Positions 37,406 to 50,712 of a stretch of 64,000 bases of DNA are shown here, piece by piece (the first letter of the stretch is position 1; every line of letters begins with the position of its first letter). Source of the DNA: Mobula hypostoma (Eukaryota); NCBI RefSeq assembly GCF_963921235.1, contig NC_086097.1, positions 1,798,001-1,862,000 on the forward strand, read 5' to 3'. The notes under the pieces were generated by a model. That model had not been told where the DNA came from. It searched no databases and saw only the letters and a list, made by a program, of their open reading frames with translations. Position numbers and translations under genes: made by a program.

Positions 37406-37789
37406 CTGAACCTGTTATAGCACCAAGCACACACCTATCACATACCTTGGCGTGAGCTCCTTGGCTTGCCATAGAGTGATGTGCTTCTTGGGTTTTTGAG
37501 CATCTCAATTTACTAATCAGGATCTTAATTAGAGTCTGTATTGTTGGTTCATTGTGACTGGCAGATATTTCCCACATTCCGTGATTATTTAAAGAGGACT
37601 CTCATTCAGTGCCTGAGCGTTGGAGAGAATGTGTCACACTTAGTTGCTCCATGGAGGCTCTGTTGGTATTCCCATGGCTAACCTCTTGTTTTGGTCTCTT
37701 CCTGGGGATCCTGCTGTTCCTCCACACCTGGGAACACCTTCAAGAGTGCACCATGACATACATGAATCAGATACAGCGCACAGCGCACG

Positions 37790-38243
37790 CCTGTTACCTA
37801 CCTGAACCTGTTATCTCTCACACCACACACCTGTTACATGCCTGAACTTGTTACAGCACACACCTGTTACCTACCTGAACCTGTTACAGCACACAGCACA
37901 CACCTGTTACATACCTGAACCTGTTACAGCACACACCACACACCTGTTACATACCTGAACCTGTTACAGCACACACCACACACCTGTTACATGCCTGAAC
38001 CTGTTACCTCACACACCACACACCTGTTACATACTTGAACCTGTTACAGCACACACCACACACCTGTTACATACCTGAACCTGTTACAGCACACACCACA
38101 CACCTGTTACATGCCTGAACCTGTTACAGCACACACCACACACCTGTTACATGCCTGAACCTGTTACAGCACACACCACACACCTGTTACATGCCTGAAC
38201 CTGTTACAGCACACACCACACACCTGTTACAGCACACAGCACA
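37790..38243. repeat. Minisatellite, 40-bp unit (cacctgttacat[a/g]cctgaacctgttacagcacacaccaca), ~11 copies
   Basis: Direct tandem; a diverged monomer lies at ~37400-37445. Confidence 0.95.
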
Positions 38244-38374
38244 CACTGCTGCCTGGTACAAGGAAAGGATAGCTCCAAAATAAACACACCTTGTGGGGCG
38301 GGGCTCTGACCAGCTCGTGTCTGGTTTGTCTTCCTGTGTCGGCAGCTCATGAGGGCAGACTTACTGGATGTGGG

Positions 38375-38795
38375 AGAATAGCCCAATCACAACAGGGGTT
38401 GGGGAGCTCAGGGTCACGGGGTGGGGAAATGACCCAATCAGAACAGAGGGTTGGGGAGCTCAGGGTCACAGGTGAGAGAATGACCCAATCACAACAGGGG
38501 GTTGGGAAGCTCAGGGTTATGGGGTAGGGGTGTGGGTAAAGAACCAAGGAGATAGAGAAGGAGTGAAAAGAAATGTTAAGGTCACTGGGTCATGGGGAAG
38601 GGGTCGGTGATGGTCAGAATCAGAGGGAAGGGGAAGGTCAGGGTCACTGGGTCGGTGATGGTCAGAATCAGAGGGAAGGGGAAGGTCAGGGTCACTGGGT
38701 CAGTGATAGAATCAGAGGGAAGGGAAAGGTCAGGGTCACTGGGTCATGGGGAAGGGGTCAGTGATAGAATCAGAGGGAAGGGGAAGGTCAGGGTC
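38375..38795. repeat. Two short G-rich tandem clusters
   Basis: 3x acccaatca..acagggg(t)tgggga.gctcagggt; 4x gaatcagagggaaggg.aaggtcagggtca. Confidence 0.8.
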
Positions 38796-39049
38796 AGGAG
38801 GAACAGGTGGGGGAGGAGAGATCTCAGCGTCACGCAGTGACATGAGTAAGGAACTCCACGCGGGTGATGAACCTCCAGTGGTTGATGAAGGAAGTCATGT
38901 ATGGGAACAGAAACTACAGATTACAACTCAGTGCGGACTCAAGTCAGAGTAATAAGACCGTGAGCAGAATTAGACCATTTGGCATTGCATCATAATTGAT
39001 TTATTATCCATCTCAGCCCCATTCTGCTGCCTTTACCCTGTAAACTTTG

Positions 39050-41630
39050 ATCGGACCAATATCCTCACGGGCAGGTTTGCTAGAGCTGAGGATGAGCCAA
39101 CAGGTTTACAAGTAGATGATGGGTGTAACATGAATTTAAGGAGGGACAAGCCAATGACTGGATACAAATGCCGACAGATGAAGAGTTAAATTGTACCATA
39201 GAGGCAAAACTCAAATGGTGAAGAATGCAGGATTGAAGGTGCTGTGTTTAAATGCACGCAGCATTCGGAAAAAGGTGGATGAACTCATGGCACAATTAGA
39301 GATTGGTCGGTATGACATTGTGGGCATCACTGAATCATGGCTGAAAGAGGGCCATAGTTGGGAGATAAACTTCACAGGATATACTTTGTATTGAAAGGAC
39401 AGGCAGGAAGGCATTGGTGATGGTATGGCTCTGTTGGTAAGAGATGGAAAGAGGCGACATAGGATCAGAGAATATTGAATCTTTGTGAGTGGAGTTAAGT
39501 AACTGCAAGGGTAAAAAAAAACACATCATGGGAATCATATATAGGCTTCCAAATGGTAGCCAATATGTGGGGTTGATATTGCAAAGGGAGCTGGAAAGGG
39601 TATTTAATAAGGGTAATGACGCAATTGTAATGGGGGATTGTAAATTCACAAAGAGTAGTGGGAGACTGGAGGATTGGGAAAACTTTAAAAAGCAACAGAG
39701 AACAACTAAACAAGAAATAAGGAAAGGGAAGATAGAGTATGAAAGTAAATTAGTACAAAATATAAAAACAGATAGCAAAAGTTTTTATAAATATATAAAG
39801 CGGAAGAGGGTGGCTAAAGTCAACATAGGTTCCTTGGAAGACGAGAAGGGAGATTGATATTGGGTGATAAGGAAATGGCTGAGGCATTGAACGCCTATTT
39901 TGTGTCGGTCTTCACGGTGGAGGACACGTCTAAAATGCTAAAGAAGGATGTTATGGACGAAATGGGAGGTGAGCACCTCGATAAAATCACTGTCACTAAA
40001 GAGATAGTGATGAGCAAACTAGAGGGCCTGAAGGTAGATAAGTCCCCTGGTCCTCATGGGATGCATCCTAGGGTGCTGAGGGAATTGGCAGAGGTTATAG
40101 TAGACACGTTGGTAATCATTTATCAAAACTCTCTGGACTCTGGGCAGGTCCCAGCGGATTGGAAGACAGCAAATGTCACACCACTTTTTAAAAAAGGATG
40201 CAGGCAAAAGACGGGCAACTATAGGCCAGTTAGTTTAACATCTGTAGTTGGGAAAATGCTTGAAGCTGTCATTAAGGAAGAAACAGCGAAACATTTAGAA
40301 AGGAGTGGTTCCATTAGACAGACGCAGCATGGATTCAGAAAGGACAGGTCCTGTTTGATGAACTTACTGAAGTTCTTTGAGGACATAATGAGTGCGGTGG
40401 ATAGAGGCGAACAGGTGGATGTTGTACACTTGGATTTCCAGAAGGCTTTCGATAAGATGCCACACAAGAGACTTATAAATAAGATACGGATGCATGGAGT
40501 CAGAGGAAGTGTATTGGCATAGACAGTGGATTGGTTAACCAATAGAAGTCAGGGAGTTGGTATAAATGGGTGTTTCTCTGGTTGGCAGTCAGTGGTGAGT
40601 GGGGTGCTGCAGGGGTCGGTGCTGGGCCCGCAGCTGTTTACTATTTATATCGATGATTTGGAAGAGGGGACTGAGTGTAGTGTAGCAAAATTTGCTGATG
40701 ACACTAAATTGAGTGGAAAAGCAAATTGTACAGAGGATGTGAAGAGTCTACAGAGGGATATAGATAGGTTAAGTGAGTGGGCCAAGGTCTGGCAGATGGA
40801 ATACAATGTTGGTAAATGCGAGATCATCCACTTTGATAGGAATAATAGAAGAGCAGATTATTATTTAAATGGTGAAAGATTGCAGCATGCTGTTGTGCAG
40901 AGGAACTTGTGACTGCTTGTTCATGAATTGCAAAAAGTTGGCTTGCAGGTACAACAGGTTATTAAGAAGGCAAACAGAATGTTGGCCTTCATTGCTAGAG
41001 GGATTGAATTCAAGAGCAGGGAGGTCGCGCTGCAACTATACAGGGTACTGGTGAGGCTGCACCTGGAGTACTGTGTGCAGTTCTGGTCTCCATACTTGAG
41101 GAAGGATATACTGGCTTTGGAGGCAGTGCAGAGGAGGTTCACCAGGTTGATTCCAGGGATGAAGGAATTAACCTATGAGTAGAGATTGAGTCACCTGGGA
41201 CTATACTCTCTGGAATTCAGAAAAATGACAGAGGATCTTATAGAAACATACAAAACCTTGAAAGGGATAGATAAGATAGAAGTAGGAAAGTTGTTTCCAT
41301 TGGTAGGTGAGACTAGAACTAGGGGACATTGTCTCAAGATTCAGGGGAGAAGATTTAGGACGGAGATGAGGAGAAACTGTTTTTCCCAGAGAATGGCGAA
41401 TCTGTGGAATTCTCTGCCCAGGGAAGCAGTTGAGGCTTCTTCACTAAACATACAAACGTATTTAAGATACAGTTCGATAGATTTTTACATAGTAAGGGAA
41501 TTAAGGGTTATTGGGAAAAGGCAGGTAGATGGAGCTGAGTTTATGGACAGATCAGCCATGATCTTATTGAATGGCGGGACAGACTCGATGGGCCGGATGG
41601 CCTAGTCCTGCTCCTATTTCTTATGTTCTT
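39050..41630 (+). mobile_element. CR1 LINE (ORF1 end, APE start, internal deletion, RT, 3' UTR)
   Basis: LCLNARSIR..VGITESWL; KSPGPHGMHPRVLRE; DFQKAFDK; KFADDTK. Confidence 0.92.
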
Positions 41631-42225
41631 ATTTCAATATGCAAGGGGATTGGGAAAATCAGTTTGGTGTCAGATTGCAAGAAAGGGATTTGTTGAACCC
41701 CTAAGAGATGGCTTTTTAGAGCAGATTGTGCTTGAGCCTACTTGGGGAAAGGCTATTGTAGATTGTGTGTTGTGCAATAATCCAGATATTATTAGGGAGT
41801 TTAAGGTAAAGGAACAATTGGGAGACAGCGATCATAATATCATTGAATCCATACTGCAATTTCAGAGGGGGAAGCACAAGATAGAAGCAACTTAATAGGT
41901 ACTCTGCATCAGTCTTCACTGTGAAAGACACGAGCAGAGTGCCAGAGGTCCAGTGAGTGCCATTTCTATTACAAAGGAAAAAGTGCCAGGCAAACTGAAA
42001 GATCTTAAGGTGGATAGGTGACCTGGACCAGATTCGGCCCACAATGTTGCACTGAGCATGTAACCTACTCTAGACACTGCCTAGAATTTCCCTAGCACAT
42101 AGTCCTCTATTTTTCTAAGCTCCATGAACCTATCTAGGAGGTTCTTAGAAGACTCCTATTGTATCCGCTTCCACCACCGTCACCGGTAGTGCATTCCACA
42201 TACCCACCACACTCTGTGTGTGAAA

Positions 42226-44045
42226 TAGGGGTCGCCAACCTGTCGATCATGATCGACCGGTTGATCTTTGAGACTTTCTCAGTAGATCCCGAAAAAAAAC
42301 AAAAATAAATACACAAATACTGTTGTAATGTGAGCATTATAAAAGTAAGTAATATTAATGAGGATAATGGTAATATAGCAATACTTTTGCTACAAAGCTG
42401 TTTGTAAAGAGAGATTATTTCCGGGTTGCGGGGTTTTTGTTCCGTTCTTTCTGCCCAGTGCACATGTGTGTAGCACCCCCACCATGAACTGCGTTTTCAG
42501 CGTAGCTTGTGCTGCATCAAAGTGACCAATTAAATTAGATACGCAGTGGTCCCCAACCTCCGGGCCGCGAAGAATGCAGTGGTGCAGCGGTAGTCAGAAC
42601 GCACGCAGCACAGCTTTAAGAAAAAAAGCCGAAATAAACAAGCTAATTAATTAGGTGCTGCCCAGCACGTAAATGTCGGCCCAGATCAGAGGCGACGCAA
42701 TCGGCAATCACTCGTGATATCCTGATAGCATGGCAGAGGCTCCACGAAAGAAGGCGAAAATGTACAAATTCCATCCAGAATGGGAAGAGCAATTTCTATT
42801 TACCTTGGTGAAAGACAAGTGTGTATGTATGTTGTGCCACCAAACACAAGTACTGACTAAAAGAGGGAATCTGGAGCGGCACCGCAACACCAACCACCAG
42901 GAATTTAAAGACACCTAACCCCCAAAGAGCGCAATTCGTGCCTGGAAAGTTGAGGAGCTGAAATCAGGGTTGAAGGCTCAGCAATCGTTTTTCACAAAAC
43001 ATGCTGCTCAAAATAAGGCTGCTATTGAAGCATCATCTTGTGTAAGTCATCTTTTGGCTAAACGCAAGAAGCCTTTTACAGATGGTGATTTATTCAAGGA
43101 AGCAATGGCCATTACCGCAGAGACTGTTTTTAATGACTTTAAAAACAAAAACGGCATCACAACCGCAATACATAATATACCGCTTGGCCCTGCAACAGTG
43201 ACAAGGAGGGTAGAGTCACTATCAGAGGACGTGGATCAGCAAGTGTTAAAGGACTTGTCACTCTGTGAATATTTTTCACTACAGTTCGCTGAATCCCTGG
43301 ATGTAATGCAAACAGCTCAGCATGTTGTATTTCTCAGAATAGCTTTCCAGGATTTTACAACAAAGGAGAACTTCCTCATTCTTTTGCAATTAAAGGAGAG
43401 AACGAGAGGTGAGGATATTTACAATGAGTTTAAAAAATATGTCTGTGAAAATGACATCCCCATTCATAAACTGGTGGCAATTACTATTGATGGGGCCTCA
43501 GCAATGTGCGATGTGCGCGTCGGTTTTATAGCACTAAAAGTCAGTGCCTACTTCGGGTCAACTTATCTATGTGAAATTGCATTTTCACAGATGAAAAATT
43601 ATTAAATCTAAGTACAGGAACTGTCTTACTGACAGACACCTCACAGACTGCCTCAGACTGGCTGTCTGTAGTTACGAGCAAAATTTCAGGGAAGTAGCAA
43701 TAAGTATTCAGCCCCAGTCATCACACTGAGTGCAACAGTCAATTTTTATTCATTTATTTTTTTGTGTTGAAATAAAATTAAATAATGAAACTTCAAATTA
43801 AAGGTGTGAAGTATTGTAATATTCTTAAATAAAGATATGCTAGTTACAGTGTTTTCTTGTTTGAATTAATTTGAAAGTTTGACAAAAGTATTTTGTGTAA
43901 TTCAAATAGAATTAGCCCAAATAAAAGGCCTCAAATTGGCAGTACAATCTGAGCTGTTTTTTCTCTAAACAATTTAATAGGTAGATCTTGCCTTTCACTG
44001 AGGTCGAGGTAGGGATCTTGGGCTTAAAAAGGTTGGTGACCACTA
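42226..44045 (+). mobile_element. hAT DNA transposon (Charlie/Buster-like), internally deleted
   Basis: TIRs taggggtcgccaacct ... aggttggtgaccacta; 8-bp TSD gtgtgaaa (42218-42225) / gtgtaaaa (44046-44053). Confidence 0.92.
42730..43729 (+). pseudogene. hAT transposase remnant (BED finger, partial catalytic core, C-terminal dimerisation motif)
   Basis: FHPEWEEQFLF..CVCMLC..NLERH; KPFTDG; ITIDGASAM fused to FGSTYLCEIAFS; stop at 42916-42918, a frameshift, ends QSSH*. Confidence 0.88.
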
Positions 44046-45297
44046 GTGTAAAACCTACCCCTGACATCCCCTTGGTACCTGTTTCCAAGCACCTTAAAAC
44101 TATGCCTCCTCATGTTAGCCATTTCAGCCCTGGGAAAAAGCCTCTGGGCATCCACACAATCAGTGCCTCTCATCATCTTATACACCTCTATCAGGTTACC
44201 TCTCATCCTCCGCCGCTCCAAGGAAAAATGGCAGAGTTCACTCAACCTATTCTCATAAGGTATGCCCTCCAATCCAGGCAACATCCTTGCAAATCTCCTC
44301 TGCACCTTTTCTATGGTTTCCACATCCTTCCTGTAGTGAGGTGACCAGAACTGAACACAATACTCCAACTGGGGTCTGACCAAGGTTTTGTATAGTTGTA
44401 ACATTACCTCCTGGCTCTTGAACTCAGTCCCACGGTTGATGAATGCCAACACACCATACGCCTTCTTAACAACACTGTCAAACTGCACAGCAGGTTTGAG
44501 TGTCCTATGGACTCGGACCCCAAGATCTCTCTGATCCTCCACACTGTCTTACCATTAATACTATATTATGTTTTTATATTTGACCTACCAAAATGAACCA
44601 CCTCACACTTATCAGCGTTGAACTCCATCTGCCACTTCTCAGGCCAGTTCTGCATCATATTGATGTCTCACTGTAACCTCTGACAATCCTCCACACTATC
44701 CACAACACCCTCAATTTTTGCGCCATCAACAAACTTATTAACTCACCCTTTTACTTCCTCATCCAGATCGTTTATAAAAATCACAAAGAGGAGGGGTCCC
44801 AGAACAGATTTTTGCGTAACACCACTGGTCACCGACCTCCATGCAGAATATGACCTGTCTACAACCACTCTTTGCCTTCTGTGGACAAGCCAATTCTGGA
44901 GCCACAAAGCAATGTCCCCTTGGATCCCATGCTTCCTTACATTCTGAAGGAGCCTTGCAATGGGGTATCTTATCAAATGCCTTGCTGAAATCCATATACA
45001 CTACATCCCCAGAGTTCTGAAAAGATTGCTGAAGAGATAGCAGATGTATTGGTTATGATCTTGCAAGAGTCACTTGATTCTGGCATGGTCCCAGAGGACT
45101 GGGAAATTGCAAATGTCACTCCATTCTTTAAGATGGGAGGAAGGCAAAAGGGTGTTATGGTGTTATGCCCCTGACTAATCAAGAACCTATCAATCTCTGC
45201 CTTAAATATACCTAATGATTTGGGCTCCACAGCTAACTGTGGCAATGATTTCCACAGATTCACCACCCCAACGCTAAAGAAGTTCCTTCTCATCACT

Positions 45298-48200
45298 GAC
45301 AGCCAGAGGTCGTGGTACATATTGGTACCAATGACACAGGTAGGAAAGGGGAAGAGGTCCTGAAAACAGACTACAGGGAGTTAGGTAGGAGGTTGAGAAG
45401 CAGGACCTCAAAGGTAGTAATCTTGGGATTACTGCCTGTGCCACACGACAGTGAGTACAGGAATAGAATGAGGTGGAGGATAAATGCGTGGCTGAGGGAT
45501 TGGAGCAGGAGGTAGGGATTCAGATTTCTGGATCATTGGGACTGCTTTTGGTGCAGGTGTGACCTGTACAAAAAAGACGGGTTGCACTTGAATCCCAGGG
45601 GGACCAATATCCTGGTGGGGAGGTTTGCTAAGGCTACTGGGGAGAGTTTAAACTAGAATTGTTGAGGGGTGGGAACCGAACTGAAGTGACTGGGGAAGAG
45701 GCAGTTGGCTCACAAATAGAGAAATCTCGAAGACAGTGTGTGAGGGAGGATAGGCAGGTGATAGAGAAGGGACGTGCTCAAACCAGTGGTTTGAGATGTG
45801 TCTATTTTAACGCAAGGAGTATTGTGAACAAAGCGGATGAGCTTAGAGCATGGATCAGTACTTGGAGCTATGATGTAGTGCCCATTACAGAGACTTGGAT
45901 GGCTCAGGGACAGGAATGGTTACTTCAACTGCCGGGTTTTAGATGTTTCAGAAAGGACAGGGAGGGAGGCAAAAGAGATGGGGGCATGGCACTGTTGATC
46001 AGAGATAATGTCACAGCTGCAGAAAAGGTGGACACCATGGAGGGATTGTCTACAGAGTCTCTGTGGATGGAGGTTAGGAACAGGAAGGGGTCAATAACTT
46101 TACTGTGTGTTTTTAATAGGCCGCCCAATAGTAACAGGGATATTGAGGAGCAGATAGGGAAACAGATCCTGGAAAGGTGTAATAATAACAGAGTTGTCGT
46201 GATGGGAGATTTTAATTTCCCAAATATCGATTGGCATAGCCCTAGAGCAAGGGGTTTAGATGGGGTGGAGTTTGTTATGTGTGTTCAGGAAGGTTTCTTG
46301 ACACAATACAGTATGTAGATAAGCCTACAAGAGGAGAGGCTGTACTTGATTTGGTATTGGGAAATGAACCTGGTCAGGTGTCAGATCTCTCAGTGGAAGA
46401 GCATTTTGGAGATAGTGATCACAATTCTATCTCCTTTACAATAGCATTGGAGAGAGATAGGAACAGACAAGTTAGAAAAGCGTTTAATTGGAGTAAGGGG
46501 AATTATGGGGCTATCAGGCAGGAAATTGGAAGCTTAAATTGGACACAGATGTTCTCAGGGAAAGTACGGAAGAAATGTGGCAAATGTTCAGGGGATATTT
46601 GTGTGGAGTTCTGCAGAGGTACGTTCCAATGAGACAGGGAAGCTATGTTAGGGTACAGGAACCATGGTGTACAAAGGCTGTTGTAAATCTAGTCAAGAAG
46701 AAAAGAAAAGCTTACAAGTGGTTCAGAGAGCTAGGTAATGTTAGAGACCTAGAAGATCATAAGGCTAATAGGAAGGAGCTTATAAAGGAAATTAGGAGAG
46801 ACAGAAGGGGCCATGAGAAGGCCTTGGTGGGCAGGATTAAAGAAAACCCCAAGGCATTCTACAAGTATGTGAAGAGCAAGAGGATAAGACGTGAGAGAAT
46901 AGGATCTATCAAGTGTGACAGTGGGAAAGTGTGTATGGAACCAGAGGAAATAGCAGAGGTACTTCATGAATACTTTACTTCAGCGTTCACTATGGAAAAG
47001 GATCTTGGTGATTGTAGTGATGACTTTCAGTGGACTGAAAAGCTTGAGCATGTAGATATTAAGAAAGGGGATGTGCTGGAGCTTTTGGAAAGCATCAAAT
47101 TAGATAAGTCGCTGGGACCGGATGAGATGTACCCCAGGCTACTGTGGGAGGCGAGGGAGGAGATTTCTGAGCCACTGGTGATGATCTTTGCATCATCAAT
47201 GAGGATGGGAGAAGTTCCAGAGGATTGGAGGGTTGCAGATGTTATTGCTTTATTCAAGAAAGGGAGTAGAGATACCCCAGGAAATTATAGACCAGTGAGT
47301 CTTACTTCAGTGGTTGGCAAGTTGATGGAGAAGATCCTGAGAGGCAGGATTTATGAACATTTGGAGAGGTATAATATGATTAGGAATACTCAGCATGGCT
47401 TTGTTAAGGGCAGGTCGTGCCTTACGAGCCTGATTGAATTTTTTGAGGATGTGACTAAACACATTGATGAAGGAAGAGCAGTAGATGTAGTGTATATGGA
47501 TTTCAGCAAGGCATTTGATAAGGTACCCCATGCAAGGCTTATTGAGAAAGTAAGGAGACATGGGATCCAAGGGGACATTGCTTTGTGGATCCAGAACTGG
47601 CTTGCCCACAGAAGGCAAAGAGTGGTTGTAGATGGGTCATATTCTGTATGGAGGTCAGTGACCAGTGTGTGCCTCAGGGATCTGTTCTGGGACCCTTACT
47701 CTTCATGATTTTTATAAATGGCCTGGATGAGGAAGTGGAGGGATGGGTATGGAAATTTGCGGATGACACAAAGATTGGAGGTGTTGTGGATAGTGTGGAG
47801 GGCTGTCAGAGGTTACAGTGGGACATCGGTAGGATGCAAAACTGGACTGAGAAGTGGCAGATGGAGTTCAACCCAGATAAGTGTGAAGTGGTTCATTTTG
47901 GTAGGTCAAATATGATGGCAGAATATAGTATTAATGGTAAGTCTCTTGGCAGTGTGGAGGATCAGAAGGATCTTAGGGTCCGAGTCCATAGGACACTCAA
48001 AGCTGCTGCGCAGGTTGACTCTGTGGTTAGGAGAGCATACGGTGCATTGGCCTTCATCAATCGTGGAATTGAGTTTAGGAGCTGAGAGGTAATGTTGCAG
48101 CTATATAGGACTCTGGTCAGACCCCACTTGGAGTACTCTGCTCAGTTCTGGTCGCCTCACTACAGGAAGGATGTGGAAACCATAGAAAGGATGCAGAGGA

Positions 48201-48660
48201 GATTTACAAGGATGTTGCCTGGATTGGGGAGCATGCCTTATGAGAATAGGTTGAGTGAACTCGGCCTTTTCTCCTTGGAGGGACGGAGGATGAGAGGTGA
48301 CCTGATAGAGGTGTATAAAGTGATGAGAGGCATTGATCGTGTGGATAGTCAGAGGCTTTTTCCCAGGGCTAAAATGGTTGCCACAAGAGGACACAGGTTT
48401 AAGGTGCTGGGGAGTAGGTACAGAGGAGATGTCACGGGTAAGTTTTTTTACTCAGAGAGTGGTGAGTGTGTGGAATGGGCTGCCGGAAATGGTGGTGGAG
48501 GCGGATACGATAGGGTCTTTTAAGAAACTTTTGGATAGGTACATGGAACTTACAAAAATAGGGTGCTATGGGTAACCCTAGTAATTTCTAAGGTAGGGAC
48601 ATGTTCGGCACAACTTTATGGGCCGAAGGGCCTGTATTGTATGTTTTCTACGTTTCTATA
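45298..48660 (+). mobile_element. Near full-length CR1 LINE: ORF1 SGNH-esterase end + ORF2 (APE-RT) + 3' UTR
   Basis: ORF1 HIGTND...DGLHLN; ORF2 [38 protein letters not shown]; a few frameshifts and stops. Confidence 0.95.
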
Positions 48661-49139
48661 TTCCAAATGGATTTCCCTCTATTCTGACTCTGTGCTTTCT
48701 GGTCCCAGACTCCCCCACTATTGGAAACAGTTTCTCCTCAACTACTCTGTCTAGGCCTTTGCATATTAGTGTAATAGTGACATAGAAAAGTACAGCACAA
48801 AACCAGGCCATTTGGCTCATCTAGTCCATGCTGAACCACTTATACCGTCTACTCCGACTGACCTGCACTGGGACCATAGCCCTCCACACCCTAACACAGG
48901 TACCTAGCTGAACTTCCCTCAAACGTTGAAATCCAGCTCACATGCACCACTTGTGCTGCCAGCTTGTTCCACTCTCTCTCAATCGTCTGAGTGAAGTTTC
49001 CTCTCATGTTCCCCTTAAACTCTTCAACTTTCACCCTTAAACCATGACCTCTAGTTATATTCCTACCCAAACTCAGTGAAAAAAGCCTGCTTACATGTTC
49101 CCTATCTATACATCTCGTAATTTAGTACACCTCTATCAT

Positions 49140-50712
49140 AGTCATAGTCATACTTTATTGATCCCGGGTGAAATTGGTTTTCGTTACAGTTGCACCATAA
49201 ATAATAAATAGTAATAGAACCATAAGTAGTTAAATAGTAATATGTAAATTATGCCAGTAAATTATGAAATAAGTCCAGGATCAGCCTATTGGCTCAGGGT
49301 GTCTGACCCTCCAAGGGAGGAGTTGTAAAGTTTCATGGCCACAGGCAGGAATGACTTCTTATGACGCTCTGTGTTGCATCTCGGTGGAATGAGTCTCTGG
49401 CTGAATGTACTCCTGTGCCCACCCAGTACATTATGTAGTGGATGGGAGACATTGTCCAAGATGGCATGCAACTTAGACAGCATCCTCTTTTCAGACACCA
49501 CCGTGAGAGAGTCCAGTTCCATCCCCACAACATCACTGGCCTTACGAATGAGTTTGTTAATTCTGTTGGTGTCTGCCACCCTCAGCCTGCTGCCCCAGCA
49601 CACAACAGCAAACATAATAGCACTGGCCACCACAGACTCGTAGAACATCCTCAGCATCGTCCGGCAGATGTTAAAGGACCTCAGTCTCCTCAGGAAATAG
49701 AGATGGCTCTGACTCTTCTTGTAGACAACCTCAGTGTTCTTTGACCAGTCCAGTTTATTGTCAGTTCGTATCCCCAGGTATTTGTAATCCTCCACCATAT
49801 CCACACTGACCCCCTGGATGGAAACAGGGGTCACCGGTACCTTAGCTCTCCTCAGGTCTACCACCAGCTCCTTAGTCTTTTTCACATTAAGCTGCAGATA
49901 ATTCTGCTCACACCATGTGCCAAAGTTTCCTACCGTAGCCCTGTACTCAGCCTCATCTCCCTTGCTGATGCATCCAACTATGGCAGAGTCATCCGAAAAC
50001 TTCTGAAGATGACAAGACTCTATGCAGTAGTTGAAGTCCGAGGTGTAAATGGTGAAGAGAAAGGGAGACAAGACAGTCCCCTGTGGAGCCTCAGTGCTGC
50101 TGATCACTCTGTCGGACACACAGTGTTGCAAGCACACGTACTGTGGTCTGCCAGTCAGGTAATCAAGAATCCATGATACCAGGGAAGCATCCACCTGCAT
50201 CGCTGTCAGCTTCTCCCCCAGCAGAGCAGGGCAGATGGTGTTGAACGCACTGGAGAAGTCAAAAAACATGACCCTCACAGTGCTCGCTGGCTTGTCCAGG
50301 CGGGCGTAGACACGGTTCAGCAGGTAGACGATGGCATCCTCAACTCCTAGTTGGGGCTGGTAGGCGAACTGGAGGGGATCTAAGTGTGGCCAGACCATAG
50401 GCCGGAGCAACTCCAGAACAAGTCTCTCCAGGGTCTTCATGATGCGGGAGGTCAATGCCACCGGTCTGTAGTCACTGAGGCCGCTGGGGCGCGGCGTCTT
50501 CGGCACAGGGACGAGTCAGAATGTCTTCCACAGTACAGGAACCCTCCGGAGCCTCAGCCTCAGGTTGAATACATGGTGAAATACTCCACATAGCTGAGGG
50601 GCACAGGCTTTGAGCACTCTGTACTGACACCATCCGGTCCTGCAGCCTTGCTTGGGTTGAGACGTTTCAGCTGTCTTCTCACCTGTTCAGCTGTGAAGCT
50701 CACCGTGGTGGG
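49140..50712 (-). mobile_element. Rex1/Babar LINE, 5'-truncated, long open RT
   Basis: ORF 49286-50506: DYRPVALTS, FFDFSSAFNTI, PQGTVLSPFLF, KFSDDS, YKYLG; (ctatga)n tail. Confidence 0.93.

Larger units (their letters stand above)
42030..45005 (-). mobile_element. CR1 LINE RT/3' end split by the hAT insertion
   Basis: ORF 44024-44542 is the RT C-terminus; the CR1 continues at 42225 toward its 3' UTR. Confidence 0.88.

Noticed and set aside
42730..43729. Domesticated host gene (GTF2IRD2/EPM2AIP1/ZBED-like)
   Set aside because: It has a stop, a frameshift and a large deletion, and retains TIRs and a TSD; it is a dead transposon
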